64,000 nucleotides of DNA. Source: Eledone cirrhosa. Lineage: Eukaryota. The stretch's first letter is position 1, and each line of letters opens with the position of its first letter. Position numbers and translations under genes: made by a program. Below are positions 13,224 through 25,510 of the stretch, piece after piece. The DNA lies in assembly GCA_964016885.1 (NCBI GenBank), contig OZ024745.1:107012001-107076000 (forward strand), given 5' to 3'. Below the pieces are notes generated by a model, which was not told the origin of the DNA, made no database searches, and was given only the letters and a program-made list of their open reading frames with translations.

Positions 13224-13490
13224 TGTGGCATAGTGGTTACAGCGTTGGATTCGCAATCATGAGGTTGCGAGTTTAATTCTTGGATCGGGTGACGCCGACC
13301 AGGTGACGCGGTGTGTCCGTGAACAAGACGCTTTATGTCATGTTGCTCTTTCTGCCAGAAGTTTCGACGGGTAGATAGTATCAGCAATGGAAAAACCAAT
13401 GGACACATTGTTTCCTTAGTCCGATTTGACGAGGTCCACCCCACTTGGCAAGCAAATGAGGTCTGGGTTCTTGCCGATCGTTCCCCCCTC
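13224..13490 (+). mobile_element. tRNA-derived SINE, second family
   Basis: A-box tggcatagtgg, decayed B-box, gtgtcc(t)tga(g)caagac(a)ctt core; related pieces at 4975-5055, 11990-12120 and 33040-33270 (all minus). Confidence 0.7.
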
Positions 13491-13905
13491 TCTCTCTACA
13501 TTACAGACCCTCACTTGGCACAAGCAAGGTCACAAATACTGTGGGATTCTTGACTAACTAGAAACTTGTGACCATTAATGATATTGTCCTCACAGTGCCT
13601 TATAAAAAGAAAAGAATAATTGTATTTTCTCGAAACATCTAGAGTAAAGGTGAACAATATGAAAGGTCTACGTACTTATTGATATCAATTAAATAGACAT
13701 ATTTTTCAAACATCTGCGTTTTTGGAGAGACTCACATTGGGAATATTCTAATAATTGTTCTAACACAACATATAATATATATATTCTCATGTAATACCAG
13801 AACCATAGATATTTTTTTCTAACTCCCATTCCGTAGGAGTCTCTCTTATCAGATTAATTATCTACTTCACCATCTGCCACAAAAGGTAGTCTTACCACCG
13901 ATGTC

Positions 13906-13936
<31 letters not shown>

Positions 13937-13995
13937 TGTATGTATGTATGTATGTATGTATGTATGTATGTATGTATGTATGTATGTATGTATGT

Positions 13996-14232
13996 ATAAA
14001 AGCTTCACGGCACAGGCATTGCTTTATATCTGGAGATCTCTGCACGTTTCGTCACATGGTGCCATGGGCCCAGCACTATGTGTCAATAATTGTCACAAGT
14101 GTAGTGTTTGTACCAGAGTTTTCAAGTCGCTGGCTGTACTAAAAAGTCACACTCGTTCAGCGCATCGGTAGGTGTTCTCCTACATGGATATAAAGTAGTG
14201 GCCGTACTCGAAAACGAGTTGGCAGCCACCAT
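13996..14232 (+). mobile_element. RTE-derived element family A, 3' part with C2H2 zinc-finger remnant
   Basis: Encodes CSVCTRVFKSLAVLKSHTRSAH; tail ggccgtactcgaaaacgagttggcagcc + (atgt)n; copies at 24521, 24973, 30110. Confidence 0.75.
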
Positions 14233-14251
14233 GTATGAATGTATGTTCTTC

Positions 14252-14823
14252 TGGTTTTATAATTTCACAAATGTTTTCCCAATAAAGAGAGAGTCGGTTT
14301 CTAACATAGACACAAGACCCTCTCATTGGAATTTACACAACATCAACTAGGTAGATATGTATGTATGCATGTGTAGATATGTATGTTATTGTATATGTGG
14401 ATGTGTATGTTTTGAGTTGTATGTGTGCATGTGTATATGCTTTGTATCTGTACATGTGTATATGCAGTTATTAAATGCAAAATATTTGGAATGTTTTACA
14501 TATTTTTACTGTTCCATTAATGGATTGTACTTGTAATTTCCTAACTAGTTGTGTTCTTTCTGTTCCTGTGAAGCCCAGCTTCTCAAGATTTGTATTGAGG
14601 CAGTTACTAACATACCCCATTGCCCCAATAATCAAAGGCAAAAATCTGAAAGTGTAATCAGGGTAGAGTATCTGCAGATTTCACATCAGATATGCATAAA
14701 TATTCTCCTTTTCACTAATGTTTGATATTATATTGGCATCTGCTGGGCAGCTCATTTCCACTACTGTGCATGCTTTCTTCTCCCTGTCCCATATCATAAT
14801 ATCTGGTCTGTTATGCCTACATT
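14252..14823 (-). mobile_element. 3' fragment of R4/Dong-clade retrotransposon
   Basis: Closely matches 25511-26084 (RLE domain C-terminus and 3' UTR). Confidence 0.85.
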
Positions 14824-15148
14824 CTCTTCGTTAATTTTCAAATTCTTTTAATTCATATATTATCTTTCAACGGTTTTTTAACCTCTCTATGTAAAACAAT
14901 ATATTTTTCTTAGTTATAAAAGCTATCTCTCTCTCTCTATCACCCATCTCTCCTCCTATCTCATTCTTCCTTATTATACTCCTCGCCCTCCACTCTTTAC
15001 TCTCATCTCCTCCTCCTTTTCATCCTTTCCAACCCCACCCCCCTCAATTTTTTCCCAATATCACACATCAATCTAAAACTACTTTTCATATGTTGATTTA
15101 AAACTGCACTATTCACAAGTGTTTTTTAACCTTCATATCATGTCTCCC

Positions 15149-15219
15149 TATTTTATCTGACGAAAACGCAAATGTCATCGCATGATGATGTTTGTTTTTG
15201 AAATGCGCATAATAAAATA
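15149..15219 (+). ncRNA. Type I hammerhead ribozyme motif
   Basis: Perfect 8-bp stem I tattttat/ataaaata; CTGACGA 15157-15163; stem II aaacgcaaatgtcatc/gatgatgtttgttttt; GAAA 15200-15203; palindromic tgcgca; AUA triplet. Confidence 0.85.
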
Positions 15220-15348
15220 CATGGAACTCTTTTAACCATCTTTTGATCTTATATATTATTTATACTCCAGTCCTACAAACTGTAGAGTGCTACTTATCCG
15301 ATATCTGCATTGCTTTATTGTACTACAATAAAACTCACCTCCTACATA

Positions 15349-15403
<55 letters not shown>

Positions 15404-15441
15404 AACCAAAGAAGCCTTCAATACATCAAAAGTCTTTATTA

Positions 15442-15479
15442 GCCAACAATGTTTCGTCCTATTAAGGACTCATCAGGGC
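15442..15479 (-). ncRNA. Hammerhead ribozyme motif with canonical stem II
   Basis: Minus strand gcc-CTGATGA-GTCC-ttaata-GGAC-GAAA-cattg-TT-ggc, then aataaa. Confidence 0.85.
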
Positions 15480-15820
15480 AAGTAAAGCTACAAGAAGCAC
15501 TATCGGCCAATACAAGCCAAACACTCTGAAGAATATATGGAGTATACATCTATTAAAGCTTAGGAAAGATATCAAGGAGAAGTTGGCTAAGATTAAGAGT
15601 GAGCAGTTACAAACATAGATATAGACCAAATAGCAAGGAAGTGATTAACATGTTGAACCCACATTGTAAATATTGTATAATGCAAAAACTTGAAACATTT
15701 ATAATTCTTCGGCTCTGTTTCATTACATTGAGCTATATCTTATACTGTCATTTCTATAATATGAAGAGGGTGTTTAACTCCAACACACTCTAGTATTTTA
15801 ATTCTTATATATATATATAT

Positions 15821-16156
15821 TATAAAATAACAGGAGGCTGGACTGGTGTAATTCCTTAAAATGTTTATTATACTATGATCATTTCAGTAACCGGGATCAT
15901 TTCAGTATGAATCCAATGACATCATCAAGTATTCGAAATTTAACAAAGGAATATAATAGACAATATCCATGGGACTGAAAAGCAGAGACAGGAGGGCGGC
16001 CGAACATTTAGCAGCTTCTCGCCCGGTCAGCCGCCCTTTAAATTTCGAATACCTGATGATGTCACCGGATTCATACTGAACCCAGTCACTGAAATGATCA
16101 TAGTATAATAAACATTTTAATGAATTACACCAGTCCAGCCTCCTGTTATTTTATAA
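15821..16156. mobile_element. Inverted-repeat PLE-terminus fragment between (TA)n tracts
   Basis: Arms ~15821-15943 and ~16038-16156 with a ~95-bp spacer; the right arm carries the HHR. Confidence 0.8.
16049..16106 (+). ncRNA. Type I hammerhead ribozyme motif
   Basis: atac-CTGATGA-t-gtcaccggattca-tac-tgaacccagtcac-t-GAAA-tgatca-TA-gtat, then aataaa. Confidence 0.8.
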
Positions 16157-16472
16157 TAATTAACTCCGTACTCGCACCACCAACTACACAAACGAAGACG
16201 GGTGAGTTGCGTTACGTTGAGTGCTCCCCATAATATTACATCAGGGATGACTATACGGAATGACCAGTTCTATCCAGTGGTGAACCAACAAACCTAAATA
16301 TATATATATATATATAATAACTAGAGATTGATTAACATATAAATAAACATGAATAATCACAGGAGATAATTTTTACCAGTGTGTAACCACACATAGCTAG
16401 GTAGGTAACTAAATAGAGTTGACCAGAACTTCAAAAATAGATACCTTATAATATGATATATATATATAATTT

Positions 16473-16515
<43 letters not shown>

Positions 16516-16969
16516 TCAATTATTATTGGTGATATTTGTTACTCTAAAGTTTCAGCTGCACACTCACAGGATTACTTTGATGCATATGTAATATATTCGC
16601 TGTTGTCGGGATTCAAAACCATGGTTCAGATGTTGATCTTGTTTTAGTTTAGAGCTCGTTCAACCCTGATCTAGCAGATCTTTAATCAAAGGGATTCCAT
16701 CGGTGATTAACGAGTCTTTGTGTCAGGGGATACAATGTCTAATTCCATTCTTTCTTTTTAAATCGGTAGAATGTATTTTGAGGAAGATTTGGTTTCTATA
16801 TCTAGCAGTACGGCGTCCCCGTAGAATTCCCAGCTTTCCGCTATATTTACCTCTTATCTATAATAATCATTGCAAGTTGATTACTTTTACTGTCATAATA
16901 AATATCATTATCATTACCATCACGCATACTCTGTCACCACCACTCACCAATGCTACTTCAAAAATACCC

Positions 16970-16978
16970 CTACTACCT

Positions 16979-17030
<52 letters not shown>

Positions 17031-17172
17031 CACCACCATCACTACTACTACTACTACTACTATTACTACTACTACTACTATTATTACTACTACTACTTCT
17101 ACCACCACCACCACCACCACCACCACCACTACTACTACAACCACCACCATCACCACCACCACCACCACTACA

Positions 17173-17233
<61 letters not shown>

Positions 17234-17322
17234 TCACCACCACCACCACCACCACTGCCACCACTACCACCACCACCACCACCACCACCACTACTACTAC
17301 TATTACTACTACTACTACTACT
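16970..17322. repeat. Compound (ACT)n/(ACC)n microsatellite
   Basis: Visible tract; explains the poly-T/Y/H/P ORFs. Confidence 0.95.
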
Positions 17323-17417
17323 TCACATTGAACACCGTTCACCCAACTTTGATATCAACTGACTGTCACCATTCTTTCAATCATTAACTTCATCATTTCT
17401 CGTATGTGATTCTTATT

Positions 17418-17456
<39 letters not shown>

Positions 17457-17646
17457 ACACACACAAACTCACTCACACACACAAAAAAACACACACACAT
17501 ATACACACACAAACATATACACACTCACACACACATACACATATACTTATATATTTTTACACATATTCGCACATACACACCGAGCTCACACTCAAACAAT
17601 AACGCACAGAAATACCCATACACACTCAAAATAAACCTTCACACGT

Positions 17647-17678
<32 letters not shown>

Positions 17679-18757
17679 AGTAGTCGTTATTTTTTATTTT
17701 GTTGTTGTTATTATTGTTTTTGTTGTTGTTGTTTCTGCTGCGTGTAAGTTAGAAAATGATTTCTCGTATCAGATGGCGTTAATGTGAACATCACTCCGAC
17801 AGTTGTAAAACACTTGTGTGCCTTATCTTTATGTTTGTTCATATCATTTCAACGAGGTCTATTAGAAAGGAAGCGCCAAACAAAACAATAAACAAAAACA
17901 AAAAACAAAAAAACTCACTGAAAAGAAAACTAAACTGAATGGAACTGAATGAGATTTCTTGCTTAATATTTTGTCTTCAATATTCAACGATTTTCATTTT
18001 GTTTCTTGAAATTTCTTTTCGTTATTTATTAATTATATCATGAAGACTCAATAAATTGAAGAACGAAACGAAAATACACACAAGAAAATGAAAGAAAGAA
18101 AGAAAGAAAGAACGAAAGAAAGAAAGAAAGAAACAAAGAAGAACTATGGCTAAGGCGAGACAGATTGTCAGCAAGGCGATTGACTTAAATAAGCTGCCAT
18201 GATAATTTCTCACTAACGCTTTAAGCCAAGATTACACCGAAAAATGTTTCACTGAAGATAGATATCTCTTCAGTGATTACAATTCCCTGTTGGAAGCCCC
18301 CCACCCCTTGTCAAAAAAGCAAAACTAAATAGGAAAAGAAAAACAAAACAAAACAAAAAAAAAAATACACCTAAAAGATATGTAACATACAGGGATTAAT
18401 TTTTATACTTCCGAAAGAAGAGACGGGTTTTATTTCTCTTTCGTGCCTGCTAAAATCAAGAGGGGAAAGGAATATAATATAATAATAAAAATAATAACAA
18501 CTATAACAACTATGAATACAGAAACAAACTAAACAACAAAGAACAGAATAAAGATGAGATGTGAACATAAAAAAAAGTTAAATAATGGCGCCAACATTTT
18601 TCTCATTAGTAACTATTATATTATGAGCTAATGAGAAATACATAAAAGTATTTATAAAATAAAACAACATAATAGTAACATTATTAAACGCGTATATATA
18701 TTATATATATATGTATATATACACATATGCATATATATATATATATATGTACATATA

Positions 18758-18797
<40 letters not shown>

Positions 18798-18809
18798 TAT
18801 ATATGTATA

Positions 18810-18852
<43 letters not shown>

Positions 18853-18950
18853 ATATATATACAAATATATATATATGTGTGTGTATATATACATATATAC
18901 ATATATATATGTGTGTAGGTTCGTGTATGCATACGTTCACTCACACATGT

Positions 18951-19037
<87 letters not shown>

Positions 19038-19392
19038 GTAAAAGTGAAAAGAGAAAATAGTGTCTCAAAGCAAAGCATACTTGGAAATTTAATGAAAGAC
19101 AAAGGAATGCAAAATTTCAAAAGAAAAGTTTTAAAAAATAGACAATTAAGTAACACGGCACGCCAGATGATAGAAACAATCACAGGTAAATGTCACAATG
19201 GTGGAACAAGGGAAATATTCAAAGATCAAAGACATAGATATCATTAAATGTGTTCACACCTAAGTGTATGTATGTGTATCGGGGCGTGTATGTATATGTA
19301 TATATATATACATATACACACATACACATATATATACACGTACAAAGTTTGGGTGAGTGTATATAGACACAAACATACTTGTATATATGCAT

Positions 19393-19518
<126 letters not shown>

Positions 19519-19575
19519 GTACAAAGTTTGGGTGAGTGTATATAGACACAAACATACTTGTATATGTGCATAGAT

Positions 19576-19620
<45 letters not shown>

Positions 19621-19729
19621 AGTGTGTGTGTGAATGTGTGCGTGATTGTTTGTGTATGTTTGTGTGTGTGTGTGTGTAGCTTTAGAAATTGCAGTTTACC
19701 CAAACACTTCCCTCTCTCTCTTTCTCTCC

Positions 19730-19832
<103 letters not shown>

Positions 19833-20115
19833 GTATATAGGTGTGTGCGAGTATAAATATGTATACACACACACACACACACATGCACACACACACACAC
19901 ACACATGCACACACACACACACATGCACACACACACACGCATATATATGTATGAGGCAAGAATAAATGAGAAAGATGATTATCAAATCAAAAGAAACCCT
20001 ATTTACTAGTTAAATGAATTACATATTATGCTGTTAAGCTGCACGTGTGTTTGCTGAACTTATTCTTGTACCACCTACCGTAGAGGGTGATGAGAATGTA
20101 ATGTGATGAAATAAC

Positions 20116-20301
20116 TGTTTCTACTTTAGGCACAAGGCCAGCAATTGCCCAGTGCATTACTGGTACTTTATTTTATCGACCCCGTAAGGATAAAAGGCAA
20201 AGTTAACCTCGGCGGGATTTGAACTCAGATCGTAAAGGGACGTAACTATGCTGGAAAGCATGGCGCCCGACCCTCTACCGATACTGCCAATCCACCGCCC
20301 C
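20116..20301 (-). mobile_element. Full-length SINE with 19-bp TSD
   Basis: tgtaatgtgatgaaataac at 20097-20115 and 20302-20320. Confidence 0.93.
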
Positions 20302-20358
20302 TGTAATGTGATGAAATAACAATGGCCGGTTTAAGTTATTTCATTCCATTTACGCATA

Positions 20359-21150
20359 TAATTGTTTCTACTTTTTGGCACAAGGCCACAAATTACCCAG
20401 TGCGTTACTGGTACTTTATTTTATCGACCCCGTAAGGATGAAAGGCAAAGTTAACCTCGGCGGGATTTGAACTCAGAATGGCAAGGGCCGTAACTCTATG
20501 CGTCAAAGCATGTCGTCCGACCCTCTACCGATACTGCCAATCCATGCACTTGAAAAAGGTATTAATCTCACGAAACCCAATCATGGAACCTCTGACTAGT
20601 TAACAATAATAGCCAAATCATAGAGTTACGGCCGTTTATGATCTGAATTCAAATCCCGCCCAGGTTAACTTTGCCCTTCGTCCTTACGGGGTCGATACAA
20701 TAAAGTACCAGTCACGTACTGGGGTCGATTTAATCGACTTTCTCCTCCCTCCAAATATTGCTGGCCTTGTGCCTATATAAGAAACCAATAATAGCCAAAA
20801 TCACTCTGTATGTATGGTCCCGTAACTCTTGATAGAGTCGTAGGGGACGCTGTATTGACATACGGCGTTTCTTAGGCATTTTAAGCCTGGCAGAGCCCAT
20901 CGCTATCCAGGCCTGAGTACAGCAGATTTTTTCCAGAGAAAGATAGAAAGCGAGAGAAAGAAAATGAGATAGAGATATAGAGGAAGAATCCACCCCAGTA
21001 TTAGACTGGTACTTTTTTTTTATCGATCTTGAAAGGATGAAAAGCAAAGTTGACCCCGGCGGGATTTGAACTCCGAGAGCAGAGAGCTGGAATGAATACC
21101 ATAAAGTATTCTATCCGACGTTCTAACGACTCTGGCAATTCGCTGCCTAA
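20359..21150. mobile_element. Cluster of SINE copies (20359-20545 minus, 20620-20790 plus, 20990-21150 minus)
   Basis: Core and B-box matches to the main SINE. Confidence 0.85.
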
Positions 21151-21829
21151 TCACTCTGTACTTATACACAATTATAAGTGACAATTTAGTTAATGCAGCC
21201 CGGGTTTAAAAAATGATTCTATGACTAAAACAAAAGGTAATACCTGGATGATATTTGATCAATGCTCCACTGAGTTAACATTTAGCTGTTCTGGGGTTAA
21301 ATGAAAGCAACTTGGAAGGAAGTACTACGTATCTTTGGAATTCAAGAGGAAGCAAGAAACTCCTCTTTATATTTTACGCTAATTTCTAAAACAAGGAAAA
21401 ATGTGTTGGATAACACAGTCCCTAATGTAAAAGACGAAATGGTTACATCTGCAAGGATTTTGATCATATGTTTCTTTGATCCGGGCTGGTTAGATAATAA
21501 AAAAAATATCTATTACTATGTTCCTTGTTTCAATATTCCTAAAATATTGGACATTTGAGCTTAAATGCAATTATACACTAACTTGACGATGTTCTGTTCT
21601 GACCCACGAGACTGGGAAAATTTCGCAATATTTTGTCTTAATTGTACATAATTGTTTCTACGTTAGGCACAAGGCCAGCAATTACCCAGTGTATTACTGG
21701 TTTGTACATAATATGAGTAGAAATATATATGCTTGAAAGGGAAAAACACACAAACACATACACACATACTCAAGCACGTACTCACACTCAAACGCACGCA
21801 TAAATACATACACACATATATCTTGGAGG

Positions 21830-21869
<40 letters not shown>

Positions 21870-21965
21870 CAGATAGGTAGATAGATAAACAGATAGATAG
21901 ATAGAAACATCTATGTACACCTGACTACAAGAAAATCTACACACTCACACCCACATGTATATATA

Positions 21966-22062
21966 CAGGGGTGTCCAAAAAATGTATACCCACTTCAACC
22001 CCATTCTAATAAATATTGCCTGTACAGGTAATCAAAGTATCGATACATTTTTGGGACATACA

Positions 22063-22065
<3 letters not shown>
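21966..22065. mobile_element. Tc1/mariner-type MITE
   Basis: TIRs caggggtgtccaaaaaatgtat / atacatttttgggacatacactg with TA on both sides. Confidence 0.7.
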
Positions 22066-22127
<62 letters not shown>

Positions 22128-22209
22128 AATATATATATATAAATCAGAACACATACATTGCACCTTAATTCTTGCTGATTTTTTGCAAGGCACTGCATAT
22201 GGGTCCGCA

Positions 22210-22480
22210 TAAGGGGTGAGCGCTTCAAAGCAGCATACTTCACTCGCTTTTTCTCAAATAAATCAAATCTATACTTGATGATCATTCTCCATGATGTACG
22301 GCCTTCAGTCAGTCCCTAAACCGCCTCTTTGGATTATGCTGTGACCTTTTTCCTCCGGTCAGCTCCCCATAAAATAACTATTTAGGCACCATTTAATCTT
22401 CCATCCTGACCACTTGACCAAACCTTACGCATCTGGTTCTTAATAATCCTTCTCTCTAAACTGGTGCTGCTCGCTTTCTC
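22210..22480 (-). pseudogene. RTE-clade LINE ORF C-terminal fragment
   Basis: Translates to GQVVRMED*MVPK*LFYGELTGGKRSQHNPKRRFRD*LK. Confidence 0.75.
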
Positions 22481-23466
22481 AAATCAACGAAAAGAACAAA
22501 TGTGTGTGTGTGTGTGTGTGTGTGCGTGTGTGTGTGTGTGTGTGTGTGCGTGTGTGTGTGGGGGGGGGGGGTGTACGTACAAGTGCACATCCACTTTTAC
22601 CAACGCATAGACGAATAAACATAGCTACAACAAAACACACATATATTATAAATATAGTTACACAACTATATGCATGTATATATGCATACGCCCGCCTATG
22701 CAAATAAAAAAACTGGATATGAATGAATATGTGAATGGTTGAACATGCGGTAAAACTGTGCAGACGATGAAGTGCATACGTAACAACGAGGTAGGTTGTA
22801 AACGTTTCTTGGTGGGTAGTGAGAAAATGGTAGAGTTAAGTCATCAACCAGAGCAGAAATGGGAAGAAAATAAGATTACATAACACCTAATATATAGTAA
22901 GCAGATAGTGTGTATGTGCAAAGAAGCAAAATGGTCAAGAAATGCCAAGTCAGATCAACATTCCGGAAAGCGACCGATGTCATTTATAATTGAATGTTTA
23001 GGCGGTGAATTGGCAGAGATGGATATAACTCTTTGCGGTATTTATCCTACCAAAGTCAACTTAAATTTTCATCCTTTTGTGGGGAATAAAAAAGTACTAA
23101 TCCAGTACTAGGCTCTAGTATTTCTCTATATCTTTTCACGTCCTTTATATCACTCCCTCTCCTCTTTCGAAGTAATTGTCTACACACACGCCCCCCACAA
23201 ACACACACACAAACACACACATACACACAACCACATACACTCACACACGCACACACAGACACACATACACTCACACACGCACACACACACACACACACAC
23301 AACCACACACACAACCACACACACACACATATATATATGCATGGAGAGAGATAAAACTTGGGGAATAAAGATTAGCGAAGAATTTGAGTAAAATGAATGA
23401 TATATATGTGATTTTGTATACCTCTTTGTCTGAACGTTTGTGTCTCTTTGTAAGTCTGTGTATGCG

Positions 23467-23548
<82 letters not shown>

Positions 23549-23858
23549 TAAATGTAATCTGAGTTTTTCGAATATTAATAATTGTTTCTTATATAGGCAA
23601 TTTTGGGGGAGGGGAAAGTCGATTAAATCGCCCCCAGTGCGTGACTGGTACTTTATTTTATCGATCCCATAAGGATGAAAGGCAAAGTTAATAACATTCG
23701 ATTCCTCTGCAGTTATGCAAACAAGCTTGAGCAAGAATGAAGGGTTCATTCTACTGACATGGCTATAAAATTGAGGCTTGTTTGCATAATTGCAAACGAA
23801 TCGAATGTTATTATTAATATTCGAAAAACTCAGATTACATATATATATGTGTGTGTGT

Positions 23859-23982
<124 letters not shown>

Positions 23983-24006
23983 ATATATATATACATATAT
24001 ATATAT

Positions 24007-24097
<91 letters not shown>

Positions 24098-24520
24098 TGA
24101 TATTGTGATTCATCGATAAATCAGTATAAACAAACAGCAATATATTATTATTAACATATATATATGTCAACAATTAAATTATATACATAATTATTTATGT
24201 TATTTTCTCTTTTCTCGTTGGATTGTTTTCATGTAAATTGCAATGTCTTCTAGTTTAGAGTAATTTTCGTTTGTTTTTTAAACTGTTGAAACAAGATAAT
24301 TTATATATTGTCAGATTTGAAAATTAAAACAGTAAAGATGCAACAAAAAAGAACGCAGACAAGATGGATGACAGTTTGACATACATCAACGTACACCTAT
24401 ACATCTACACACATACATAAACAGTAAAAATTAGAGTATGAATGAAGGTGTATCTTACTACTCAGATGTTGGCTTATATGTATGTATGTATGTATGTATG
24501 TGTGTATGCACACATGCATC

Positions 24521-25131
24521 GTGGCTGCCAAGTCGTTTTCGAGTACGGCCACTACTTTATATCCATGTAGGAGAACCCCTACCGATGCGCTGAATGAGTG
24601 TAACTTTTTTTCCAGCCAGCGACTTGAAAACTCTGGTACAAACACTACAGTTGTGACAATTATTGACACATAGTGCTGGGTCCATGGTACCATGTGATGA
24701 CAAGTGCAGAGAGATCTCCAGATATAAAGCAATGCCTGTGCCGTGAAGCTTTTATAGTGAGCAAAGGCACTGCACAAAGCCAGTCCCACTCTCTTAACCA
24801 AGATGATATTTACCAAAAAGAAGAACAAGTCAACATCATTGGATACCATCAGGGTTGCAGGTGTTATATCAGAGTTTTCCTTCTCCTAGAATTCTGCCTT
24901 GACAAAGGCTAAGGGGTCATCTCTCCCTATGAATGTATGTATGCACACATACATACTTGCATACATACATACAGCACTATGTCTCAATAATTATCACAAA
25001 TGTAGTGTTTGTACCAGAGTTTTCAAGTCGCTGGCTGGACTAAAAAGTCACACTTGTTTAGCGCATCGGTAGGGGTTCTCCTACATGGATATAAAGTAGT
25101 GGCCGTACTCGAAAACGAGTTGGCAGCCACC
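24521..25131. mobile_element. Two RTE-derived family A pieces in inverted orientation (24521-24925 minus, 24973-25131 plus)
   Basis: Both match 30110-30521; 3' tails point outward into ATGT-type repeats. Confidence 0.8.
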
Positions 25132-25510
25132 ATGTATGTATGCATGTGTATGTGTATGTATGTGTGCCTGTGTGTATGTATGAATCTATGTACGTATGAA
25201 TGTATGTGTGTATGTGTGTATGCATGTGTGTGTGAGTATGTATGTGTGTCTGTGTGTATGTATGAATCTATGTATGTATGTATGTATGTATGTATGTATG
25301 TGTGTATATGTGTATGCATGTGTGTGTGAGTATGTGTGTATGTATGAATCTATGTATGTATGTATGTGTGTATGTAGGTATGTGTGTGTATATGTATGTG
25401 TGTATGTACGCACGCACGCTGACATGCACGTATCTACGTACGCACTCATATACGCATGCATGTGTATGTATGTGTGTCTGTGTGTATTATGAATCTATGT
25501 ATGTATATAT

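Noticed and set aside
18250-18275. CTGAAGA as a hammerhead core
   Set aside because: It is simply one arm of a short hairpin; no GAAA/stem III/stem I arrangement follows.
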